40,000 nucleotides of DNA from an uncultured Chloroflexia bacterium (lineage in GTDB: Bacteria; Chloroflexota; Anaerolineae; Anaerolineales; Anaerolineaceae): assembly GCA_963841845.1 (NCBI GenBank), contig CAWJEG010000005.1, positions 335,526 to 375,525 on the forward strand, in the 5' to 3' direction. Of this stretch, positions 1-11,096 are shown piece after piece. Made by a program: the position numbers and the translations under genes. A model generated the notes under the pieces. That model was not told where the DNA came from. It ran no database searches and saw nothing but the letters and a program-made list of their open reading frames with translations. How positions within the stretch are numbered: position 1 is the first letter of the stretch; the number at the start of each line of letters is the position of its first letter.

Positions 1-55
1 CCGATGGTATTTACAGCTATAACTGGTTCTACAACAGATAAGAATGGATGAGAAG

Positions 56-99
56 AAAAAGAGCCTTGGTGGTGAAAAAATCACACCAAGGCTCTTTTT
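56..99. terminator. Bidirectional intrinsic terminator between convergent genes
   Basis: Perfect 11-bp stem GAGCCTTGGTG (61-71) / CACCAAGGCTC (84-94) with a 12-nt loop. A T5 run follows at 95-99 on the + strand, and an A5 run at 56-60 gives T5 on the - strand. It sits just downstream of the stop of the 108..2591(-) ORF. It also follows a + strand reading frame that enters from the left edge (stop at 49-51 or 39-41, frame ambiguous). Confidence 0.65.
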
Positions 100-107
100 A
101 TATCGAT

Positions 108-2591
108 TCAGGGTAGCGGGGCGTAAAAAACCTCATCTCCGTAGGCCAAAAATAACAGCCTGTTTGGTGTCACAGTAAATGAAGTTACGGGATTTTCTGG
201 CAGCTGTGTCTGCCGGTCCGCCATCGGCATAATTATTTTCTGCAGATTCAACCGCAGGCTAAAATGGTAGATCGAAGGCTGCATGACATCAAGGATATAA
301 ATGGATGAATCGGGCATTTGTGTCGCTTCAATTTGGGAAAAAATAGTGTCTGAAAATGTCAATTGCTGTGACTCTTCCCCATCTCGATTATCAGTGTATT
401 CTGCTGGATCGGTGCACCTGGTATTACCTGTTGCAACACTATCGTAATTACAGAAAATCATCTTTCCATCTTTATGCAGAAGGTAAAGATCGTCGCCATT
501 GATTGAAAAATCTATAGCGTCGCCCATATTCGGTACCGATTCATCAAAATACAGCCTGGGTGGATCGGAGAAATTTAAGTCTGGTCCATAAATATACCAG
601 ACCGCATTGGAAGGGGGATCCATCAAATACAAGGTGTCATTCTGATAATCCATCCCTGAAATCTGTCCCCAATTTGCATCTGGAGGCGTTAATGTGGTTG
701 AAATTGGATTTTCTCCAGGTATACAATACAATAATTGGCCTGCTGAATCGATTGCCATTACAGTGGCTTTAAGAAGGTTATTCACAGGCAAAATTGCCAT
801 ATCTACCAGCGGTCCAATAATTACTGCTCCCATAGGTCCCGGATCGCAAATGAATGAATCATCCAGTTCATAACCTTGACCGGTTAAAAAGAGTCTTAGA
901 ACGTTCCCTTTATTGCTGTCCAGAAGGTAAAGATCGGTTCTATTGGCGGCAATTTTTGTTATATTCACATTGCCAGGAAAGTTTTGGCCAGTTGCGGATT
1001 TAAGAGACACGCGGGCTACACTCTCCATTGAATCCAGCACAGATTGAGCCTGACTGCGGATATCATCTAAAACCTCAGTTTGGTGGTAATTCTCAGCTTT
1101 TTCCACATAATTGAGCGCCTGTGTCCAGGCATTGCGTTGGACAGCAGGATCACTGGAATTTAAAGCCTGCTCGGCGTACTGCTGCGCCTGTTGAGAATAC
1201 AGAGCAAATAATTCATCATGACCTCTTTGGATATACACTGTACTGGCAATAACGACAATAATAATTGGCACAGCAATAGCAATTATCAGCATGGTGAACG
1301 GGGAAACACTCCCACTGAAATCCTCCCTGGTTGGCAGTAATCGTTTGCCTACATCCTTGGTGCCTTCCTCAACCTTCCCTGCAGTTGCCCGTCCAAAAAA
1401 CCAGGCTGTGGCCATCTTTTTTTTCAGCTCAGGGGGAAATTCAGGTGTTTGAACCTTCTCAGATTGTCCGTTGAATATGGATGCAAATTTATCGTACCTT
1501 CCATGGATGCCATTTCTGAGGGTATCGAAAGTGGTTTTTGCCTTCTCAGATAGGATAATTATTTCGGCACCGGTTTTTATTGAGATCGGTTTTCGATCCT
1601 TTGATCTGGGAGCAGTAGATTTCTCCTCCAAACCATTCGTTAATCCGGGTTTTGCTATTGACCCAGGACCACTATCTCCGGACGAGGACTGGATATTTCC
1701 CGGGGATGGAAAATCATCGCCTTGCTGATCCTCCTTTCCGGATTGTCCAGCCAGACCAAAGGTGGTAAATATTGCAGGTGTAATTATTTTTTTTCTCAAA
1801 TCATCGATGGTGCCCGGACTGCCGGGAGATGATTGCGGAGGGGTCACGCCTGGCATTGAACTTACCGCAACACCCGGTTCGCTGTATCCCGCAGCATTGG
1901 TTGAAAATCTTATTGGTTGGACTTCCCCTTTACCTGAGACCATCTGAATCACAGCCGCAGTGAGTTGGCTCGAAACCGGAGAAACCAACCTCCTCCGTAA
2001 TTGGTGATGTGTTTTGAGGTTCATTTGAGCAAGGAGATCTATTTCCCAGCCTTGCGGTGGCTGAGCACATAAAATTACAAAATCACCTTTATTAATCGGG
2101 ACCTGATGGAGGGAATAAGTAATTTTTGTGCTGATCCCTAAATCCCGGGGGTTTGTTGGTAAGGGAGAAAATTTTTCGGCACCCGAACCGGACAGGATAA
2201 TCGTGCTTGTTTCTCCTGAATGGAGAAGGTATAGCAGGTTTTGATGGATTACCCCCATATTCAGCACGCCCTGCACCGGGCTGCGTCCGCTGACCGCACG
2301 CCGGTTGAATTCCAGGATCTGCTTATTCAAATGTTCAGCAACTGACTGCATTGCCAGGGTCACAGATCCGCGGCTATTAAAGTATTTGCCAGGGAGTTGG
2401 GCGAGCCATTCTTTTTGCCTGATATCAGAAGGAGAAACATCGCCATAAAACGTCAATAACGCAAAGAAAAAATCTCCTGCCCGCATGCGTTGTGCCCGTT
2501 TTGAAGCTGCTGCAATGAACCCGGGCAGGTCAGTTTTTTCTATCGAATCATAAATATTAATGGTTTGAAAAGTAAGATCGTTCAGTTTCAT
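108..2591 (-). CDS. Large single-pass membrane protein of unknown function: N-terminal globular domain, Pro/Ser/Gly-rich linker, one TM helix, C-terminal beta-propeller-like repeat domain
   Basis: Uninterrupted 827-aa ORF with one hydrophobic helix, FTMLIIAIAVPIIIVVIASTVYI. The region before it is low-complexity (PGVTPPQSSPGSPG..SSSGDSGPGS). The C-terminal ~330 aa carries a recurring blade-like motif (LYLLD, LLYCI, LYLMD, LYLLH, IYILD, LLFLAYGDEVFY). I recognise no catalytic motif. Confidence 0.7.
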   Translation of the reverse strand: MKLNDLTFQTINIYDSIEKTDLPGFIAAASKRAQRMRAGDFFFALLTFYGDVSPSDIRQKEWLAQLPGKYFNSRGSVTLAMQSVAEHLNKQILEFNRRAVSGRSPVQGVLNMGVIHQNLLYLLHSGETSTIILSGSGAEKFSPLPTNPRDLGISTKITYSLHQVPINKGDFVILCAQPPQGWEIDLLAQMNLKTHHQLRRRLVSPVSSQLTAAVIQMVSGKGEVQPIRFSTNAAGYSEPGVAVSSMPGVTPPQSSPGSPGTIDDLRKKIITPAIFTTFGLAGQSGKEDQQGDDFPSPGNIQSSSGDSGPGSIAKPGLTNGLEEKSTAPRSKDRKPISIKTGAEIIILSEKAKTTFDTLRNGIHGRYDKFASIFNGQSEKVQTPEFPPELKKKMATAWFFGRATAGKVEEGTKDVGKRLLPTREDFSGSVSPFTMLIIAIAVPIIIVVIASTVYIQRGHDELFALYSQQAQQYAEQALNSSDPAVQRNAWTQALNYVEKAENYHQTEVLDDIRSQAQSVLDSMESVARVSLKSATGQNFPGNVNITKIAANRTDLYLLDSNKGNVLRLFLTGQGYELDDSFICDPGPMGAVIIGPLVDMAILPVNNLLKATVMAIDSAGQLLYCIPGENPISTTLTPPDANWGQISGMDYQNDTLYLMDPPSNAVWYIYGPDLNFSDPPRLYFDESVPNMGDAIDFSINGDDLYLLHKDGKMIFCNYDSVATGNTRCTDPAEYTDNRDGEESQQLTFSDTIFSQIEATQMPDSSIYILDVMQPSIYHFSLRLNLQKIIMPMADRQTQLPENPVTSFTVTPNRLLFLAYGDEVFYAPLP

Positions 2592-2969
2592 AAGGGATGG
2601 TTCAAGAAAAACATACTTTCTTGTGATTATACTTCACTGCGTATTAATTAGCTTATGGATGGTTTGTATGATTCGCTCGTCCTCCACCGCTGGATAAGGC
2701 GGTTCTGAACTTGTAACCGGTTTAATGTGTTGTTTCCAGTCGATATCCTATTTATACCTACCCCGGGCAAATTTTCTTGCATTTCCCCCAACCTCCACTA
2801 ACTGGGAACCGCCTGGTTTGATGTTTCTACCCATGCAGTTCATCCCTGATCGTGCAGACGGAAATATCCCCCGCGGGCCAAAAGGGGTTTTCATGATGGA
2901 CATTTGCAGATCATTCACAATCCAATTTTGGATATTCGGGGGTTTAGATCTTTCCGGTCTTCATAGAGT

Positions 2970-4157
2970 TTAAACACGAACAACATCATTCTCTTTTTCG
3001 TTTTCAAAGAATGATTCAAATTGATAATTCTGGTACGACGCTGAAAACATGGATTGGATTTCCTGAGAACTGAGTCCAATATCCTCCAGGGAGTAATCAT
3101 GGCTGCTTTTGTATTTTCTCGCTTTATTAGTTTCCGCAATCAGTGTACTTAAGTAATCCAAATTCAGCCTCATCTGAAGACGATTATATACATCCTGCAC
3201 CGTACCTGCAGGATCGCCAACCAGATCATCATAATTAACCACCATGAAGTCTTCCCTTTGATAATTAGTAAACACTTCTGAAGGATATTGATAATAATAG
3301 TCGATCAGTTTTAAGATTTTTTCACGGTAAGGATACTTTTCCTCCAATTGACAGAATAGATGGAATCCTGTTGCCATATAGCTGATCAGCGAGGGAACAA
3401 CACTCATCGGGCTGCGTGCCATATAGATAAATTTTGCATCGGGAAAACACTCTTTCAATGATTGAATCTTACCGGAAAATATCGGGTTCTTTGAGAGAAA
3501 TTGTTTGTTACCACCATGGAAATAAATATGCCGCTGAAGGCATTGATGGTAAAAAAGCATATCTTTTTGCCGGCGCTTATCAGGGACGGCAGTATCATAA
3601 TAAAAATAGGGTTCCACCTCTTCATCAATAGGAAAGAAAGTCCAGATTACAGCAGAAGAGCAAACATGCATGAATAGATACTCATCCTCTTCTGGTTCCT
3701 GTAGTCCAATTTTGTGATTTTCAATTTGCCCGAAAAGTGTTTGTTCCCAGCGGTTTACTTGCTTTCTTACAAGTCCTCCAAAAATCCAGTCAAAAGAAGA
3801 AAACAAATGAATAATTTTCCGCTGCGTAATGGAAGGGGCAAATACAATTTCCCATAATTTCATGGTAGTGAAGTTCTGGGTATCTTTTGCTATCAGCCGG
3901 TGGATAAAGGTTGTTCCGCTGCGTGCATTGCCAATTATAAATATTGGCTGGCGGACTGTCTGTCCGCGGTATCCTCTGAAAAAGATATCATCAAGCAGGA
4001 ACCCAATCCAGGCAGATATTTCTATCGGGATATAGAACAGGAACATGAATAGAATCAGGAACTTTGATCTTTTTGAGGTCAGCCGGTAAGGTGTATTTTT
4101 TGAATGGAATAATTGCTTATTTAATATCCGTGCTAAAGCACCAAAATTGAAGAGCAC
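2970..4157 (-). CDS. Membrane-anchored PAPS-dependent sulfotransferase family protein
   Basis: 395-aa ORF with a GTG start at 4157, preceded by GGGAGGG 6 nt upstream. N-terminal hydrophobic segment FLILFMFLFYIPIEISAWIGFLL. It has a 5'-PSB-like loop IIGNARSGTTFIHRL and a 3'-PB-like segment IYMARSPMSVVPS, as in bacterial sulfotransferases. It is divergent from the PAPS-synthesis gene. Confidence 0.75.
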   Translation of the reverse strand: MLFNFGALARILNKQLFHSKNTPYRLTSKRSKFLILFMFLFYIPIEISAWIGFLLDDIFFRGYRGQTVRQPIFIIGNARSGTTFIHRLIAKDTQNFTTMKLWEIVFAPSITQRKIIHLFSSFDWIFGGLVRKQVNRWEQTLFGQIENHKIGLQEPEEDEYLFMHVCSSAVIWTFFPIDEEVEPYFYYDTAVPDKRRQKDMLFYHQCLQRHIYFHGGNKQFLSKNPIFSGKIQSLKECFPDAKFIYMARSPMSVVPSLISYMATGFHLFCQLEEKYPYREKILKLIDYYYQYPSEVFTNYQREDFMVVNYDDLVGDPAGTVQDVYNRLQMRLNLDYLSTLIAETNKARKYKSSHDYSLEDIGLSSQEIQSMFSASYQNYQFESFFENEKENDVVRV

Positions 4158-4238
4158 AAAAATCCCTCCCGTATGTCGTCATGTCATAAATTCGGAAAAT
4201 TACCCCCCCATGAGCCGTCGAAAAAACCTTTCAGGTAA

Positions 4239-6174
<1,936 letters not shown>

Positions 6175-6210
6175 CCCTGTTTGTATGGATAAGGGAGGAT
6201 AACCATCCCA

Positions 6211-7332
6211 TTAAAACAAGCCTCCCGAAACCAGCGATAAAAGCAATCCTCCTGCTATAACACTGCCTAATTGACCGGCGGTATTCGAACCCATGGCTTG
6301 CATGATGATAAAGTTGGTCTGGTCTTCATTTATTGCCATCTGGGCAGAAAGCCGCCCTGCCATTGGGAATGCGCTGATTCCGCAAGCACCAATTAAAGGG
6401 TTGATTTTTCCTCCGGTGACCTTTGACATCAGTTTCCCAAACAAGAGGCCGGTAGAAGTATCCAGGATAAATGCCAACAGTCCTAGACCTAATATCAAAA
6501 TTGTATCCAAATTCACGAAGCTGGCTGCGGTCATTGTAGTGCCAATTGCTAAACCGAGGAAAAGTGTGGCAACGTTGATGATTTCATTTTGCGCTGATTT
6601 GCTGAGACGGTCAACCACCCCGCTTTCTTTTAATAAATTCCCCAGCATTAATGTGGCGATTAATGGAGCTCCCTCCGGTGCTAACAGGCTAATCAGGATT
6701 GTAACAGCAATGGGAAAAACGATTATGATCCCCTTGGATACCGGTCTGCTGGCATATTCCATGCGGATACGCCTTTCCTTGCGCGTGGTCATCAAGCGCA
6801 TGATTGGCGGCTGGATAACCGGAATCAGGCTCATATAGGAATATGCAGCCACAGCCACTGGACCCATGAGTTCCGGCGCCAGCTTGTTCGTAACAAATAT
6901 GGCAGTTGGTCCATCAATTGCCCCGATGATGCCAATGGACGCAGCTTCATTTAATGGAAAACCCAATAGAGTAGCCAGGATTAATATGCCATAAATTCCA
7001 AATTGCCCTGCAGCACCCAGCAGCACCATGCTGGGCATAGAAAGCAGGGGTCTGAAATCAATCATTGCCCCAACACCAATAAAAATCAACAACGGGAACA
7101 GTTCTGTTCTGATGCCTGCATCATAGATCACTTTAAAAATCCCACTCTCTGAGGACATGCCCAGGTTGGCCAGGATGCAGCCGAAGCCAATTGGCAATAA
7201 TAATAACGGCTCGTACTGTTTGATTACCGCCAGAGCAATGAGAATTCCTCCTACGGCCAACATAAGTACATCCTGCCAGCCCACACCCAATCCGGATGAT
7301 AGGATGCTAGATAATCTCTCAAATCCAGTCAT
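6211..7332 (-). CDS. Na+-translocating decarboxylase beta subunit (OadB/MmdB/GcdB family)
   Basis: 373-aa polytopic membrane ORF. It matches OadB along its length by recall (KQYEPLLLLPIGFG, IGVGAMIDFRPLL, GIIGAIDGPTAIFVTNKLAPEL, AAYSYMSLIPVIQPPIMRLMTTRKERRIRM, KINPLIGACGISAFPMAGR). Its ATG overlaps the upstream gene's TGA in an ATGA overlap at 7329-7332. Confidence 0.9.
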   Translation of the reverse strand: MTGFERLSSILSSGLGVGWQDVLMLAVGGILIALAVIKQYEPLLLLPIGFGCILANLGMSSESGIFKVIYDAGIRTELFPLLIFIGVGAMIDFRPLLSMPSMVLLGAAGQFGIYGILILATLLGFPLNEAASIGIIGAIDGPTAIFVTNKLAPELMGPVAVAAYSYMSLIPVIQPPIMRLMTTRKERRIRMEYASRPVSKGIIIVFPIAVTILISLLAPEGAPLIATLMLGNLLKESGVVDRLSKSAQNEIINVATLFLGLAIGTTMTAASFVNLDTILILGLGLLAFILDTSTGLLFGKLMSKVTGGKINPLIGACGISAFPMAGRLSAQMAINEDQTNFIIMQAMGSNTAGQLGSVIAGGLLLSLVSGGLF

Positions 7333-7785
7333 TTGCTTGTCCCCAAAAGTTCGACATCCATTAAGAGTTGATTATGGCTGACACTGTCACCTACTGAAAT
7401 CAAGATTCTCTTAATCCTGGCTGGATTTTCTGCGTGCAGTGTATTTTTCATTTTCATGGCTTCCAGGACACATAATTCATCCCCGGCTTGAATCGTGTCG
7501 CCTTCTTTAACTTTGATAGATAGAATCACTCCGGGAATTGGCGCTTTTATATCGGCGGATGACCCGGTTGAGGAATACCGGGGTGGTGCGGATTTTTCCT
7601 GCGGCAGGATAGGCGTGCTGGATACAGGCAGAATAGCTCTTCCCTTCTTCTCCTGCACTATCCTGTTCACTTTCTGGCCAAACCTCAAAACGTTTTCCAT
7701 CGATGATGGCAATAACCGGCCTGGATGACAGGTCTTCAATCTCTACGTCAAAATCTTTCCCGCTCACATTAACTCTTATTTTCAT
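7329..7785 (-). CDS. Biotin carboxyl carrier (gamma-type) subunit of the decarboxylase, interrupted by a +1 frame change in the linker (about 7620-7680)
   Basis: The N-terminal frame reads MKIRVNVSGKDFDVEIEDLSSRPVIAIIDGKRFEVWPE. The C-terminal frame carries the biotinyl domain IKAPIPGVILSIKVKEGDTIQAGDELCVLEAMKMKN. The two ORFs (7507..7785 and 7329..7739) overlap and differ by +1. The span is 457 nt (3n+1). Confidence 0.75.
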
Positions 7786-7825
7786 TACCGCTTAATCCCT
7801 AGTATTTTCTGATATTTGGTGACTT

Positions 7826-8162
7826 TTATTGTTTTAATCGGTTTGCCCGCATAACCGATTGCCAGGGGCTTAATGCCTGTACCGATTGAATACTTTGATC
7901 TTTCGTCAAATTCTTCATCTGTCCAATCGCAAGGGCAACAGCTACTGCTGCGGCGATAGGCATTAATGATTCAACTTCCTCTATGATTTCCGCTTTAGAT
8001 TCCTGGGTAAGCCGGGGTACTACTCGTGATGTCTTTGTTCACTTTTTCCGGGAAGAATCTCACCATGGCTTCCATCATTCCCCATAATAAAATGATGGCA
8101 ATAAAAACCAGCCCCATACCGATTCCGGTGATAATCAGTGAGTTGATCAGCTCTTCGCTCAT
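7826..8162 (-). CDS. OadG-like small membrane subunit (delta/gamma type) of the Na+ decarboxylase, interrupted by a +1 frame change (window 7989-8030)
   Basis: Hand translation from the ATG at 8162 gives MSEELINSLIITGIGMGLVFIAIILLWGMMEAMVRFFPEKVNKDITS.., with a stop at 7989. The +1 frame continues ..RLTQESKAEIIEEVESLMPIAAAVAVALAIGQ..SPWQSVMRANRLKQ* (stop 7826-7828). An N-terminal TM followed by an Ala-rich tail is the usual OadG/MmdD layout. The span is 337 nt (3n+1). This gene is not in the ORF track because each piece is under 60 aa or lacks a start codon. Confidence 0.6.
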
Positions 8163-8177
8163 TTTTTTCTTCCTGTT

Positions 8178-9729
8178 TTAAACCGGCATGTTGCCATGTT
8201 TTCGTGGCAAGGTATGGATATGTTTGTCTCTCAAAGCTTGCAAAGCTGCAATTATTTTTGGTCTGGTTTCACCTGGTTCAATAACCTCATTGATGGCTCC
8301 CAGGCTGGCAGCAGCATATGGATTGAGGTATTCCTTGCGGTATTCCTCAGTCAGGCGCTGCCCGCTCCCCTTCGGGGTCTTCCGCCATCGAAATTTGTTT
8401 CCGGTAGACGATATTGGCCGCGCCTTCCGCCCCCATCACGGCAATCTCGGCACTTGGCCAGGCGAAATTGATATCCGTACCAATATGCTTGCTGCTCATC
8501 ACCACATAAGCCCCACCGTATGCCTTACGGGTAATTACGGTAACTTTTGGAACAGTAGCCTCAGAAAATGCGAACAGTACCTTTGCGCCATGACGGATAA
8601 TGCCGCGATGCTCCTGGTCAACTCCGGGTAAAAAACCGGGTGAATCGACAAAAGTGATGATCGGGATATTAAAACAATCACAAAAACGTACAAACCGGGT
8701 AATCTTATCTGCCGCATCGATATCCAGGATCCCTGCCAGGTAGCTTGGTTCCTGGCCAACAACTCCAATCGGGCAGCCATCCATGCGGCCGAACCCAATC
8801 AAGGCGTTTTTTGCAAAAGACTCCTGAAGTTCTATAAATGAACCGTGATCGACGACTCTTTCAACAACCTCATGCATGTTATATGGGAGTGATGAATCCT
8901 GAGGCACAATTTGATTCAGCATATCGTCCATCCGGCCAGGAAAATCTTTGGGTTCAACCCAGGGAGGATTTTCAACATTGTTCGAGGGAAGGTAACCTAA
9001 AAGGCGGCGGCAGAGCAGGATGGATTCCCCCTCCGAGGGAGATACAAGGTGCGCCAATCCACTTACTCCAAGGTGAATATCTGCACCACCCAGGCTTTCA
9101 AAATCAACTACCTCGTTTGTAACCGATTTTATCACCTCCGGGCCTGTCAGAAACATATAGGACTGCCGGGAAACCATCAGGACTAAATCTGTAACTGCCG
9201 GAGAATAAGCAGCCCCTCCTGCACAGGGTCCCAGGATAACGCTTATCTGCGGAATAACCCCGGAAAGTTGGACATTCCGGTGGAATATTTCACCATACCA
9301 TCCCAGGCTGCGCACCCCTTCCTGTATGCGGGCACCCCCGGAATCAATCAACCCAACAATCGGTACACCGTTGTGGGCCGCCAGGTCCATTACCCGGCAG
9401 ATTTTTTGACCGTGCATCTCACCTAGTGCACCCCCATGGACTGTAAAATCCTGGGCATATACATACACAATCCTTCCATTAATCTTGCCCCATCCAGAGA
9501 CAACCCCATCCCCAAGAATTCCGCCTTCCCCATTATCTCCGGATTGTGAGGTTATAAACGCATCCAATTCCTGGAATGAACCTTTATCAAGCAGAAGGAG
9601 AATTCTTTCCCTGGCAGTATTTTTTCCGCGTGCATGATGTTTTTCTATCCGATCTTGGCCGCCAGCTTCTAAAGCCTTTTCCCGCATCTGGCGTAATTTT
9701 AATATTCTCGGATCGATTTCTTGTGCCAT
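8178..9729 (-). CDS. Acyl-CoA carboxyltransferase (MmdA/PccB 12S-type, alpha subunit of the decarboxylase), interrupted by a +1 frame change near 8355
   Basis: The 460-aa ORF matches carboxyltransferase over its length (GKNTARERILLLLD, GGARIQEG, PQISVILGPCAGGAAYSPA, DSPGFLPG, HGAKVLFAFSEATVPK). It ends ..EGERAAPD*. The +1 frame continues LTEEYRKEYLNPYAAASLGAINEVIEPGETRPKIIAAL..PRKHGNMPV*, the canonical C-terminus, with its stop at 8178-8180. The span is 1552 nt (3n+1). Confidence 0.88.
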
Positions 9730-9987
9730 TAATAATCCTTTCTGGATTAATATTCTGTCCCTCAGGAACTAATCAATACCTACCCTTAAATTTTATACCA
9801 GTTTGCGTTTTGACTGATTCTGAGGAATGACCTCTTAATCCAGTATTTAGTCATACTCGGTATATCAGCATAATAATCACCGTTAAAAATAATCCCGGGA
9901 ATTCTGATTTGGGAATCCATCACATCACGGACATAGTAAAATTACCTGAGGGACTATTTTTAGACTGATCGGAAAAACATCATAATG

Positions 9988-10016
9988 TTGACTACCAATT
10001 GATGTTGATCCATAAT
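9988..10016 (+). promoter_or_regulatory. Sigma70-type promoter candidate for the aldo-keto reductase gene
   Basis: TTGACT (9988-9993), a 17-nt spacer, then CATAAT (10011-10016). It lies about 25 nt upstream of the ATG at 10042, which is preceded by AGGAAAGGA. Confidence 0.5.
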
Positions 10017-10041
10017 GACACTCCTCAGGAAAGGAAATTCG

Positions 10042-11022
10042 ATGGAATATCGTTATTTAGGGAAAACCGGATTAAAAGTATCGAGTTTATGCTTGGGAAC
10101 CATGCAGTTTGGATGGACCGCAGACGAACCAGTATCCAAAAAAATCCTCTCCGCCAGTCTGGCAGAGGGCATCAATTTTATTGACACCGCCAATGTATAT
10201 TCTAGATGGGTGGAAGGAAATCCGGGAGGAGTATCCGAGACGATCATTGGAAATTGGATGAAGGAGGGCAGCATCCCCCGTGATAAGGTTATTTTAGCCA
10301 CCAAGGTACGCGGCAAGATGGGTGATGGTCCCAATTGCGAGGGATTGTCCCGCAAGCATATCATGGAAGCCGTTGAGGATTCCTTGCGCCGTCTGCAAAC
10401 GGATTATATCGACCTCTATCAAACTCATTTTGTGGATGAAAATACCCCTGTAGAAGTAACCCTGTCAACCATGGATGATCTCATTCACCAGGGCAAGGTG
10501 CGTTATGCCGGCTGTTCCAATTACCCGGCCTGGCGTTTAATGGAAGCCTTGTGGATTTCGGACGTTAAGCAGTTCCACCGTTTTGAAACCCTCCAACCGC
10601 ATTACAACCTTGTCCACCGGAAGGAGTTTGAGGAACAATCCCAGGATGTTTGCTGTAAATATGGATTGGGGGTTATCCCTTACAGCCCTCTGGCGGCCGG
10701 ATTCCTGACCGGAAAATACCGCCAGGATGGAACCAATCCCGACAGCCTGAGAGCCGGCAGGGCTAAGAGATATTTCAATAATCAGAATTGGAATTTGTTG
10801 GAAGTGATGGATAGGATGGGAGAAGAACTCGGTGGCCGCAGTGTTTCCCAACTGGCGCTGGCCTGGCTGCTTGCCAACCCAATTATAACAAGTCCTATCA
10901 TTGGTCCGCGTAGCCTGGAACAACTTGAGGATAACCTCGCTGCGGTTGAGATAAATCTTAACCAGGCAGCAATACAAGCCTTAAATAACGCCAGTTCGCA
11001 ATCAGCTGGTCTAGTATCATGA
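10042..11022 (+). CDS. Aldo/keto reductase family oxidoreductase
   Basis: MEYRYLGKTGLKVSSLCLGTMQFG, INFIDTANVY, ATKV, DYIDLYQTH and GCSNY are typical AKR (Tas/YhdN-like) blocks. The start was chosen at the Met that carries an SD, rather than at the ORF-track start of 10015. Confidence 0.88.
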   Translation: MEYRYLGKTGLKVSSLCLGTMQFGWTADEPVSKKILSASLAEGINFIDTANVYSRWVEGNPGGVSETIIGNWMKEGSIPRDKVILATKVRGKMGDGPNCEGLSRKHIMEAVEDSLRRLQTDYIDLYQTHFVDENTPVEVTLSTMDDLIHQGKVRYAGCSNYPAWRLMEALWISDVKQFHRFETLQPHYNLVHRKEFEEQSQDVCCKYGLGVIPYSPLAAGFLTGKYRQDGTNPDSLRAGRAKRYFNNQNWNLLEVMDRMGEELGGRSVSQLALAWLLANPIITSPIIGPRSLEQLEDNLAAVEINLNQAAIQALNNASSQSAGLVS

Positions 11023-11096
11023 ATCCGCGAATTATTTGCCCGCGAACGACAAAATTTAAGCATTCAATTCAGCATGATTAGTACCTGCAGGCAATC

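Noticed and set aside
2592-2969. The 378-nt spacer between the sulfotransferase and the 827-aa gene is open on both strands: an 82-aa + ORF at 2725..2973 and a 51-aa Gly/Arg-rich - ORF at 2748..2903. It also has nested inverted repeats (GGCGGTTC..GAACCGCC, CCAGT..ACTGG).
   Set aside because: Neither translation has a motif, SD or hydrophobic core. I could not match the inverted repeats to any riboswitch or sRNA class by eye. A TATAAT (minus strand, complement of 2626-2631) suggests it mainly holds the promoter and leader of the 827-aa gene.
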